64,000 bases of DNA from Lama guanicoe (Eukaryota). A model generated the notes under the pieces. The model saw only the letters and a program-made list of their open reading frames with translations. It made no database searches and was not told the DNA's origin. The position numbers were made by a program, and so were the translations under genes. Positions 31,601-43,600 of this stretch are shown here, piece by piece (position 1 is the stretch's first letter; each line of letters begins with the position of its first letter). The stretch lies in the NCBI GenBank assembly GCA_013239625.1, contig MU054338.1, positions 4,427,371 to 4,491,370 on the forward strand. Reading direction: 5' to 3'.

Positions 31601-34600
31601 ACTTGAAGACCAAGGGAGTGGAGAGGAAGAAACGAATGTGACAGTCTTTGTGGGAAAGATCACCAGGACGGGTGAGCCGATTAGGCTCGGGTTGGGAGCG
31701 GTCACTGGGGCCAAGAGGATGTCAGGGTCCCCAGCCCATAAAGGCTGGTGCCACTGGCAGAGGTGGGGAAGGGAGAGGGTGGGAGAGTCAGAACAGGATG
31801 GGTCGTGGCTTGGAGGAGCCAGACCTGGGTTCAGATCCTGGCAGCCCCACTTCCTGGCTTCACCTCTCTGAGCCTGTTTCCCTATCAGTGAAGGGTGGAT
31901 AAAAATGGCACCTCTCTGGGGAGGACCATTGTAATATTTCAGTACTGCTCAGTGCAGTGTTGACACCCGATAAACCCTTGCTGAAAAGTCTTTTTAGGAA
32001 AGATGTGGGATTGTGCGAGGTTTGGCAACTCAGCACAGCCTGTAGGATTTGGGTTTAGGACAGTGGTTCTCAGCTGGGGTGGTTTTGCTCCCCAGGGGAC
32101 ATTTGGCGATGTCTGGAGATAGTCTGTGTTGTCACATCTGGGAGCTGCTACTGGCATCTAGCGGATAGAGGCCAGGGATGCTGTTCAATATCCTACAATT
32201 TCACACACAACCGAGAATTAGCCTGCCCAATGTCAACAGGGCTGAGGTTGAAGAGCCTCATGCTAGGGCACAGACAGCCTGGTAGAAGCTTTAAAATATT
32301 TAACTCTTTGGCTAAATGATACACGCGGATCATTCAAAAATTAAAACGTAAAAAAGTGCACAGGGTAAAATGTAACTTTTAGCCCTCTCCCTCAGATACC
32401 CCGTCTTACCTTCCCCCGTAAGTAACTACCCATTTTTTTTAAGTTTACTGTATATCTTTATGCAAATAGGAATTTAAGTTCTCGCTAACTACACTCTGCC
32501 CTTACCAGGAAAGGTGGCATATACCACCCACTGCTTTATACCCTCACTTTAATAACTGTCTTGGGCATCTTTTGAAATCAATACATAGAGATTGCTTACA
32601 TTCTTTGGAAAAAAATGACTGCATGATATTTCAGATTGTCCATTGATTCAACAAACTATTTACATTGTGCCCACTGGGTGCGAGGCATTCGCCTAAACTG
32701 GGGGCTGGCAACCCACAGCGGGAGGGCCGAACCTGGACCATAGCACATTTTATAAATAAAGTTTTATTTAATGAGTGGCCACGCCCACTCATTTACGCTT
32801 TGTCTCTGGCTGATTTCCCATGACCACTGTACAGCTAGTTGCCGCAGGGAGTGTTTGGCTGGTGAAGCTGAAGATGCTTACTATCCAGACCTTTGTAGGA
32901 AAAGCTCCCCCCACCCCCGGTCCAAAGGCTTTCCGCAGACTAACTCGTGCCATCCTCAGAACAGCCTACGACGTAGGTAGTACCATTAGCGCCGTATTTC
33001 ACATGGGAAAACTGAGATGCAGGGAAGTTAAGTCACTTGCCCCAGGGCCCCCAACTTGAAAGTGGCGGAGTTGAATTTGAACCAGGCAGCTTGGTTCCAG
33101 GATCTCTATTCCTTTTTTTTTTTTTTAATTTTTTAATGGTTTGCATTTTGCACTTCTTATTTATTCACTTTATTTAGAGGGGAAGTAATTAGGCTTACTT
33201 ATTTATTTATTTTTAGAAGAGATACTGGGGATGGAACCCAGGACCTTGCGTATGCTAAGCATGCGCCCTACCGCTTAAGCTACACCCTCCCCTCTTTTCC
33301 TTGTTATTTATTTATTTGTTTTTGTGTGGGTGGGGGGCAATTAGGTTTGTTTGTTTGTTTGTTTATTTCTTTATTTGATCGGGGCACTGAGGGTTGGACC
33401 CAGGACCTGGTGCATGCTGAGCATGACCCTACCACTGAGCTCTGCCCTCCCTCCACTCCAGGATCCCTGCTCTTAACAGCTGCTCTGAGCTCTATTCCAT
33501 CACATGGCTGGGCAACCACTTATTTTACCATTACCCCCACTGATGGGCACTTAGTCTGTGCCAGGCTTTTGTTCTGACAAACTTACTGCAATCAATAACC
33601 TTGTCCGTGAACCTTTTTGCAGCTCCTTCACTGTGTGACCTTGGCCATGTTCCTTAACCTCTCTGTGCTTCTGTTTCTTCACCTGTAAAATGGAGATAAT
33701 AAATCTCCATCTGAAATGAAAGCATTGTGGTGAAGGATAAATGAGTTGCTATCAAGAACCTTGGAAAGTGCCTAGCTACATATAAGTGTTATCACGGCGG
33801 CCGTACACATGAGCAAGGATACCCATGCGATAAATTCTCTGAAGGGTTTACTGGCTCAAAGCGGGTGAGTCTGTGTTTTTGGTAAGTCTTGCCAAATTGT
33901 TCTCTGTATGGGATTGTTCCCAGAGGACTTGTTCCAATTACACTACCCTTAGCAATGTCTGAGAGTGCTTTTTTCACTCCATTGCCTCGGCGGCAGACAG
34001 TTCTGTTGTTAAGCTTTTGGATTTATGCCAAATTGATGGGTGATAAAAAGAGCTCATTATGGCTCAGTTTATATTTCTTTTATTCTGAGTGAGGTGGAGC
34101 CTCTTTTCTTACGTTGAAGAGCTGTTTATATTTTCCCCCTGCGAAATAATATTTGTTCATATCGTTTGCCCATTATTTTTTTCCTTCTGGCACTGTGGGC
34201 CTTTTTTTCTTATTGATTTTTAGGAACTCTTTATATATTAGGCTGCTTTGAGTTTCAAGTCAGGTACTTACTAGCACTGTGATCTTGAAAAGAAAAAAAA
34301 TTACTTAACCCATCTGAGCCCTGGTTATCTTATCTCTAAAATGTAGATGTCACAGCACCTTTATCTCAGGGTTGTATGAGGGTTCAACGTGATAAGCTGA
34401 GTTAAATTCCTATCATGGTGATTGGCAGATTGAGGTATGACTGATGTACAACAAAAAAGCTAAATTAATGGGAGCCATTCTTTTTGTTCATTTGATTTCA
34501 GTGGGTCTGAGCTGCCTGTAGGGTGTGGTATAGGTCAGGATGCGTTATGTTAGCTGCTGTAACAAACTGCATTGCTTCAGTGACTTTCGAGAGTTTGCTC

Positions 34601-37600
34601 CTTGCTTATATCACATCCAGTTTGGGTCAGCTGAGGGATTAAGGGGGAAGCCCTCCTTACCAATTCCCCACAAGACCTGGGCTCCTTCCATCCCATAGCA
34701 CCACCCTCCCCGACGTCCTTGGAGTCCTGTATTCAGCCAGAGGGTGAGGAGGGAGTTGTGAGGGGTGAAACCCTGGGAGGTTTTCATGGCCCAGGCCCAG
34801 ACGTGGCATTATCACCTCTGTTCTGTTGCCCAAAACTCCATCACGTGGTTCCATCCAACTGCAAGACAGGCTGGGAATGTAGTTTAGCTGGGAGCCAGAG
34901 AGGACAAGGAAATGGGTTGGGTGGATATAGAGAAGGCAGGGCCATAGGACCCCAGGATAATGCCTCGCTGGCTTCAGAGATGCAGGTCTGGAGGGAGCTG
35001 GCTTGGAGGAAATTTCAGGGGGATGAGGAATGAGGAGGACCTGGGCAGGATTCAGCTGGGGGCAGGGGGACCTGGGTATAAGCAGAGCTCAGCCAAGTGG
35101 GTTGAATTGGGTTGGGTTGGGTGGAAGACTTAATCTCAACATATCCACTAGGGCTGATGGGGACGGAAGCCCAGAGGGTCAACATTTGGTACTGTGTCTT
35201 CTTTTCCATGCCTTTCTGTTCTGTTCACTGTCACAGAGGATGCTGGAAACCCACGTCCCTCACCTTGCGCCCGGCCGTCCCAGGCTACCCTTGGAGCGAA
35301 AGACCAAAATCTTCATCATGACCCAGAAGAGCCTATGCATCTGGCCTCTGCTCACCCCTCGGCCCTCATCTCCTCCCTCTCTCCCCCTCCCTCACGCAAC
35401 TCCAGCCACATGGGCCTCCTCACTCTTCCTAAGCCCAGCAGGTGCAATCCAACCCCAGGGCCTTTGCCTGTGATGTTCTTTCTTCGCAGATCCCTCTTCC
35501 CCGCCTATCTACACTTTGGCTATTCTCTTATCTTCTTCAGACTTCCTATCAGAGAGGTTTCCCCTGGTTTCCATATGTAAAATCGCAACCCCCGCCCCCA
35601 CTCCGCACACGCACACCTTTCGTTCTCTGCCTTGTTTCACAGTTTTTACTTAGTTACTAATTGTCTCCTCCCTCAACTGGAATATTAGGGCAATGCTTTT
35701 TGTCTATTTGGTTCACAACTGTGTCCTCGGTGCCTAGAACAGCACCCCTCACACAGTAGGGGCTCAGTAAATATTCAAATAGCCACTTCACTCATTCGGT
35801 CATTTAATAAGGGGTCAGCACGCTAGAACTGGGGGGCTGACTGCCTCTTTTTGTAAACAAATGTAACTGGCACACGGGCTTGCTGACACGCTGCCCACGG
35901 CTGCTTTCTCTCCGTGAGCAGTCACGACAGAGACCCTGGGACCTGCGAAGTCAAAGAAACGTACAGTCTGCCTCCTTACAGCGCTTGCTGGCTCATCTCT
36001 GATTCAGTCCGTATTTGCCGAGAGCTCTTTCATTATGGGCAGGTGGTAGCTGGTGAGCCGAGGCCGAGGTGGAGTGCCTGAGATCACCCCGTCTCTACCT
36101 GTTCCTAGTCATGTGACTTCGAGCAAGTGTTTAGGCTTCTCCCCTTTGGTTTTCTCATCTGTAAAATGGGGCGAATGATGGTCATAATAGCATCAGTAAC
36201 AATAATGATGATTCTACCACCACCTCGTAGACCCTTCTTTGTACTAGTTCCTCGCACTCGGTGAATGAGCCAGAGACCTTCCTGCAGCTCATGGAAATAG
36301 ATGAGGAAATGGGCAGTTACAGCGCAGAGTAACACATTTGTCTCCTTTGCTAACACTAATGGTGCCAGGAAGTGGGCAGGATCGGAGGGTGTGTTGGGTG
36401 GGCATTGCTGGGCTTCTGAAGATCTCACCACATTGCAGAGATGCGCCACGCCCCTTTGATTTCAGGGATGATGTTCTGAGACCTGGGCTTTAAGAGGAGC
36501 ATGGGAGTCAGGTCCCTTGGCGAACAGTGGAAGAAATAAAGGATGTTCAGTTGGAGAAGTTTAAGATTTGAGGAAATTCTGAGCTTAGTCTGCAGAAGTT
36601 TCAAGCAAGAATCTTAGATCTTGTGACAGAAACCCAACCAAAACCAGCTTGGTCAGAAATAGTATTTATTACCGCACATAACTGAAAGATGTAGGAGAAA
36701 ATGCCTTCAGGTCCAGCTGTATCCAGGAGTTCAGACAATATCTCAGAGGCCCTCCCCTCCTATCCCTGCCTTCTATCTCTTAATTCTGCTTTCGTTGGAA
36801 TGTTCTCCTCCCTTCTCAGTCATTCTTTCCCCTCATGGAGGCAGACAATAGGTCCTAGATGCTCCCAATTTTTGTTCCCACAATTCTGTGTCCAGTGGGA
36901 AATGGGAAGGTTAATTAAATGGCCTCTGAATTTAAAATCTGTCTTTTATTGGACATGAGTTTTTTTAGTGGGGACGTGGGGAAGCATAGCTAATCCTGAA
37001 CCAACTGCTGTGGCGGGGAGGATACTTGGCCTCCCAGGCCAGGTCACGTGCCATTTCTGGAGTTGGGGATGGAGTCGACTTTACCCAAAGGAACCAGACT
37101 GGGGGGAGGTGCTGTTTCAGGGGAAACTGAGGGACTGCTACTGGAAGAAGAGGAATAGATTCAGGAGGCAATCATCGTCCTATGGGCATTAAGTACTAAA
37201 TTTAGTCCTGAGTTTCTCAGCATCAGCACTGCTGAAATGTGAGGTTTCATTCTCTGTCCTGAGGGCTTTCCTGTGCCTTGTAGGATGTTGGGCAGCACCC
37301 CTGGCCTCTACCTACTCGATACCAGCAGCACCCCTCCCCCCGGAACAGTGACAATGAAATGTCCCCAGCCACTGCCACATGTCCCCTGGGAGGGCAGAAG
37401 TGCCCTGGGCGAGAGAACCGCTGTTCTGAAGGGAGTGAGCCTCCTGTCTCCGGGGGATGGGGAGGAATCTAAAGAGAAATGAACAATTTCCGGCTGGGAT
37501 GAAGAAATTAAGAGCATCTTCAAGTCAGAATATTCATTTATTTTGTTCAGCAATGGGCGCTGTGCTGAGGCTGGGGTTATGGGGAGGAACATAGCAGATA

Positions 37601-40600
37601 TGGGCTCTGGTCTCCTGGGCACATGGCCTCGTGGGAGAGAAGGCTGCCTGTGTTCTGTTTCCTGTGGCTGCTGTCACACAGTCTCAAAAACTGGTGGCTT
37701 GCAACAACGGATATATTGTTTCACAGTTCTGGAGTCAGGTTTGAAACCAAGGTGTTGGCAGTGTCTTGCTCCATCTCCAGGCTGCAGGGGAGAATCTGTC
37801 CTTGGCCTCTTCCAGCTTCTGCTGGCTCCATGCATTCCTTGGCTTAAGCCTGCATTACTCCTGCCTCTGCCTCCATCGTCACTTGGCTGTGTCCTCTGTG
37901 TCTGTCTCTGTGTGTGTGTGTCTCACAGTCCAGAATGATCTCCTCATCTTGACATCTTTAGTGATGTCTTTCAAAGTCCTCTCTCCCCCCCCCCCCAAAT
38001 AATGTCACATTCACTGGTGCCAGAGATCTGATGCGGACATATCTTTTCAGGGACTGCCATTCAACCTGCTACAGACAGGAAACAGGCAAAGCAATAAAAC
38101 ATTGTAGTAAATGCTGCAGACAGAATAAACCAAGGGTCAGGATGGAGAAGAACAAATGGGACAGGCTTCTGCAGGGTGTTCAAGGAAAGCTGAGAGCTGA
38201 AAGATGAGGAACCAGCTCTGGGAAGCATGGGGCAGGGAGAGCAAAGGCTGTGCAAAGGCCCTGTGGCAGCAGGATGGGACTGAAGCATCCACTGGTCAAT
38301 GGTGAGGGAGTGAAGGGAGAGTGGAGGGAAATGAGGCTTGAGAGGAAGGTACTTCCTTAGTGTGGCTGTGCGGATGTGTGTGGAACTTAAATGGGATGGG
38401 GAGTCCTTGGAAGGTTTTAAGCTGCTCCGTGGGGACCAGACTCTAAGGGCAATAGAGGTGGCAGCAAGGGGACCTGGGAAGAGGAGGCTGATGAAGGTGT
38501 CCCAGGGAAGAGTGATGGTGACTCAGACTAGGGGTTGGGGACAATAGATCCAGCTCACATTCTGCTGGTTGGGCTGATCAGCCTTGCTGACAGATTGGAT
38601 GCGGGGGAGGGCTGGGAGTGAATGAAAGGAGGCCAGACAATGTCTAAGTTTTTAGCTTAAGGACCTGCGTGAGGGGGGCTATCATTTGCTGAGGTGGGAA
38701 GGCTGGGGGAGGAACAGGTTTTGGGGGATTCCGATTGACCATGTGATATTAGAGATGGAAGAAAGCCCAGCATAGTGGTCAGCACAGTGGTTCTTAACTG
38801 GGGGTGGGGGGAGCAGCTCTGTTCTCCCAGGGGACATTTGGCAATACCTGGAGACGTCTGTCATTGTCACAACTGCAGGGGGTGGTGTGCTCCTGGCATC
38901 AAGTGCGTAGAGCCCAGGGCTGCTGCTGAGTGTCCTCTCATGCCCAGGATAGCCACCCAACTATCAGTAGTGCTGAGGCTGAGAAAGGGAACTACATTTC
39001 CCAAGTGCCCTTGCAACCTGGCCTCCAGGTAGTTTCAGCCAACGGGAGGCGCAAGAAGCAGACCAGCTGCTGGAGGAAGAGAGAAGCCAGGGTATTTCTC
39101 CCTCTCTTGCTTTGCCTCTCCCTCTCCGAGACACCTCCTCGGTGGTCTCGGCTCCCTGAAAACAGCTCTTGCCCAAAGTTCCCCCTGTTTGAGGACCGTG
39201 GACTCCAGTTGCCTGGGGGTCTGGGGGCCAGTCCTGACTGTGGGATCTTGGATGAGTTGCTAAACCTATCCGTGACTCAATTTCCCCTCTTTCAAATGGA
39301 GATAAGGATAGTGTCTACCTTATAGGGCTGTGACAGAATTAAATGAGTTAACAGTCGTAACGTTGCAAAGTGCTGCGGACTGTAGCTGTGAGTGATGGGT
39401 AAATATCTCCATGGGCGTGGATGAAATCATTTTGGGAGGAAAGAGAGAAGAAAAGGCGTCTGAGGGTTGGGCCCTAGGGTGCAACAGCTTAGAGAGATTA
39501 AGGAGAGGAAAAAGAAACAGCAAAGATGTCAGAAGGAAATCCAGTGACTTGGGAGGAACACCAGAAGGGCGTAGTGTCAAGAGGCCCAAAGAGGAAAGTG
39601 TATCTACATCCAGGTCTTGATACTTTGAAAAGAGCAGTTTTAGTGACACAGATGGGAATTGATTCAGAAAGTACAATGAATAACAACAGAAAGAGGGCCC
39701 ATTTACTGAGCACTTCCTACCTGCAAGAGTTGTTCTAAATACTTACTTATGAACCCATTTGATTTTCTCAGCAAATCCGTGGAGTAGGTACCTTCGTGTT
39801 TTGGTGATCTGTTAACAGTGAAGCAAACCAGCCCTGACTCAGTGATGCAAGATGACCACTATGTTGTCCTCCTCACAGGTTCTGTGAGTTCGGAATTCAG
39901 GCAGGCCACGGTGATGACGGTGATGAGAAACCTTGAATGTCTGGGGGCTGGAATCACCTGGAGGATTCTTTACTCGCCTGTGGGGTGCCTGGACTGGGAT
40001 GATTTGAGGCTACTGCCTGGAGCACCAGCCGGGAACCTCTCCATGTGGCTTGGGCTCCCTCCCAACATGGTTACTGGCTTTTGGAGAAGGAGTGTGGAGA
40101 GAGAGAAAGAGAGAGCAAGTGTTTCTCAAGAGACCAACGCGGAAGATGGAGAGTTTTTTCTGACCTACTTAGAAATCATACGGTGCCACTTGACTGCATT
40201 CTCAGTGACAAGCAAGTCGCTAAGACCAGCCTAGGTTCAAGGGGAGGGGAATCAAATTCAAGGGGTGTAACAAGTCACACTGCAGAAGGGCATCCTGAAT
40301 AGATAATATTTTTATAGCCATCTTTGGAAAGCCCAACCTATTACCTGATATTATCCTAATTTCACAGATGAGGAAAAAGAAACATGGAAAGTTTAGTAAC
40401 CCAGTGAATGATGCCTAGTTTAATAAGGAGCTATCCTGGGATTTGAACCCAAGTGGTCAGTCCACAAAACCTATAAGGATATTGCCTCTTTGGGGTAGGC
40501 AGGGCATATGAGCTTTTCAAGTGGTTATGAAGATAGCCTTGGATTTCAATTTTTGGTTCCCCTGGTCAGGGTTCAGCCCAGAAAACAGAAATCATCTTAG

Positions 40601-43600
40601 GTCTTTCAAACAGAGAGAATTTAATTCAGGGAATTGGTTAGTGGATGATGGAGTTGCTGAGAAGACAGCTGGGTGACACGAAGGCTACCCAGAGATTAGC
40701 CACTAGGCTGGAGAAACAATAGAAGGAGGTGGTGTGACAAGGGCGCAGGGCCCAGAACCATTTAAAGGAAGCTAGATCTCTGGGCAAGCGCTGACTTCTG
40801 GGAGCTAAGAACACAGAGGAGGTTTATTTGCTGGCGGAGAGGCAGAGCAGAAGAGGGAGAAATACCCTGGCTTCTCTCTTCCTCCCGCCCTCTGATCTCC
40901 TGCCTGGGCCTCCCATTGGCTGAAACTACCCGGAAGCCAGGGTGCAAAGGCACCTGGGAAATGTAGTTCCCTTTGATACAGAGCAAAGCAAAAGGAGAGG
41001 CAGGGAGAGGACCTGAGAGCGAGCAGACTAATAACCCTCATAGACTTGGAGCAAGTGACTGCCTCTTTGAACTCAGTGTAATCTCAGTTAAAGAGAGCTG
41101 CTGTGACTGCTGTTTGCCTGAGAATTGATGATATGCAATGGTTTTATTTCCTGTGGCAGGGTCCTCCTCAGCTTTAATCCCTCTGCTGGCTTTACCGTTC
41201 AGATCAAACCCAGATCTTCTCTTTCTTAGGACCCTCCTTGCCACAGGCCACAGGCCACAGCTAATCATCCTTCCTCCAGACAGCCTGTCAGAGATCTTCT
41301 GCCTGTGATTACATCCCTGGCTTCCTCCAAGTCACCTCTAGTCCAGGCAGAAAACCCGCAGCCCCTTCATAGCTCCTCAAAGAGCAGCTTCCCGACCTCT
41401 GCCTTGGGATGGCTGTCTTGGGATGCTTGTCTACCTGGGGCACCCAGATTGACGCCCAGATAGGTGCAGCATCTGAGCACCCCAAGGCATGTGGGGCTGT
41501 TGCCTTCAGTCTGATCTGTGATTGAGCAGAGGACTAGGGGGAGTTGGAAAAAATGCTTTAAAAGGCATCAGTCCTTTGTGCTTCCCTCTCAGGGGCTCGG
41601 GGAGATACGACAAATTGGTGGGATGCTCTTGTGATTACACTTGCCCCATGTTGTTCACACAGCCCCCGTTTTGGCAGATCAGCATCTGATACCATCTTTG
41701 GTTCACTCCCTGTCACTCCCCCTTTCTCACTCTGCTGTAGCCACACTGACCTCCAACTTCTTCCGCCAAAGCACCGCAGTGTCCAGCTTCAAGACCTTTG
41801 TTTTGCGCTGGCTGTTCCCTCTGCCTGGAATGCTTTTCCTTCAGACACCCACCTAGATCATTCCTTCCTTCAAGACTTTACTCAAATGAGCCTTTCCTGA
41901 TCCTTTCATTTAGTATTGCACTCCCCTGGCACCCCCCCATCCCCTAATCTTAATTTTCTTCCTTAATATTTACCACCTTCTAACAAGCTATATTCACATA
42001 ACACATTTGTTGAATGTCTCTTTCTGTCAGAATGTCAATTTCACACGGGTAAAGATGTGAATCTCTTTTGTTCACAGCTGTATTCACAGCACTTAGACCA
42101 GTACCTACAGCATAATAGATGCTCAATAAATATTTTCTGAATCAATGAAGGGATGGCTGAATGACCGGAACCCCCTTGCATGCTGTTCCCTTCACCTGAA
42201 GCAACCCCTTCCCCGGCCCCGACACTCTAAAGTTAAAGATTTATTTGGACAGAAAAAGCATACACTTGTCTCTCACTTATTTTGTTTTATCAAAGGTAGG
42301 GATGAGGATAGTACATTTTGTATTATTGATGAATGGTGGCTTAAAATATTCCTTTTTTCCCATTCTCTCACTCCCTAAAATCTCCCCTAAACCTCCTAGT
42401 TTTAGGGGAAAGACACAGCAGGAATCTGGTCTCCCTCTGGCTTTTCAAAACTTATATTAGCATACAAGAAATGACATATTTAAAATATACAATTTGATAA
42501 ATTTGGAATATGTGACCTGTGAAACCAGCTCCACAATCAAGAGAGTGAACAGACATGTCACCTCAAAATTTTCTCCTGCCCTTTTGTAATCCCTCCCTCC
42601 TAACCCCCATCTGCCACCCCAAACAATACCTGATCTGCCTTTGGTCCCTATAGATTTGTTTGCATCTGTTACTGAGCCAGATTCGTACTGCTTTCTGCAC
42701 GACAGGCCAGTAAATCAAGAGAGGAATTGCTGGGGCAAGGAGTAGCGACTGTTTGGAAAGCCAGCAGACTGAGAAGATGGTGGACGAGCGTCCCAAAGAG
42801 CCATCTTGCCCTGAGTTAGAATTTAGGCTTCATTTACACTAAAAAGGGGAGGAGGTGTGGTTGGTTGCTGCAGACTTCTTGGTGCCAGAATCCTTTGTTC
42901 TTGCAGCTGTCCACATAAGTCAGGTCATGATGTCCCCGTAAACCTCCAACAAGACAAAAGTTATTCTCTATTCTGTAACTTTTTATCTGTATATGAATGG
43001 GAAAGTGTTATACCTTCGAAGGTCAGAGCCTTGAGAAGGGGGAATTTGTGTGTTTCAGGCTATAGGCAACTTGTGTCAAACGCTTAGGTAAAAGAAACAG
43101 ACCCAATATGGAGTCGGCTTTGCTCCTCCCTACTAGGTGTCTTCTAGAGTTTTATAGAAATGGAAAATGGGATCATATGATATGTAGCCTTTGAGGCTGG
43201 TTCTTTTACTCAGCATAATTTTTTGTGATTCATCAAACTGTTGCATGTCTTCGTTTTTTTTTTTTTAAAAACAGACATCCTGTTGTTTTTATTTATTTAT
43301 TTAATGCAGATACTGGGGATTGAACCCAGGACCTCATGCATGCCAAGCATGTGCTCTACCATTGAGCTATACCCACCCCTAAGTTCTTTATTCCTTATTA
43401 TGGCTGAGTAGTATTCCATCACACAGATATACTGCAGTTTGCTTATCCATTCTCCTGTCCTTGGATGTTTGAGTTGCCTCCACTTTTTGGTTGTCACAGA
43501 TAAAGCTGCTCTGAACATTCTCGTGGACACTTACCTTTATTTCCCTTGAGTGAACGCCTGAGCATGGAATAGGTCATATGGAAGGAGCATGCCTAACTTT

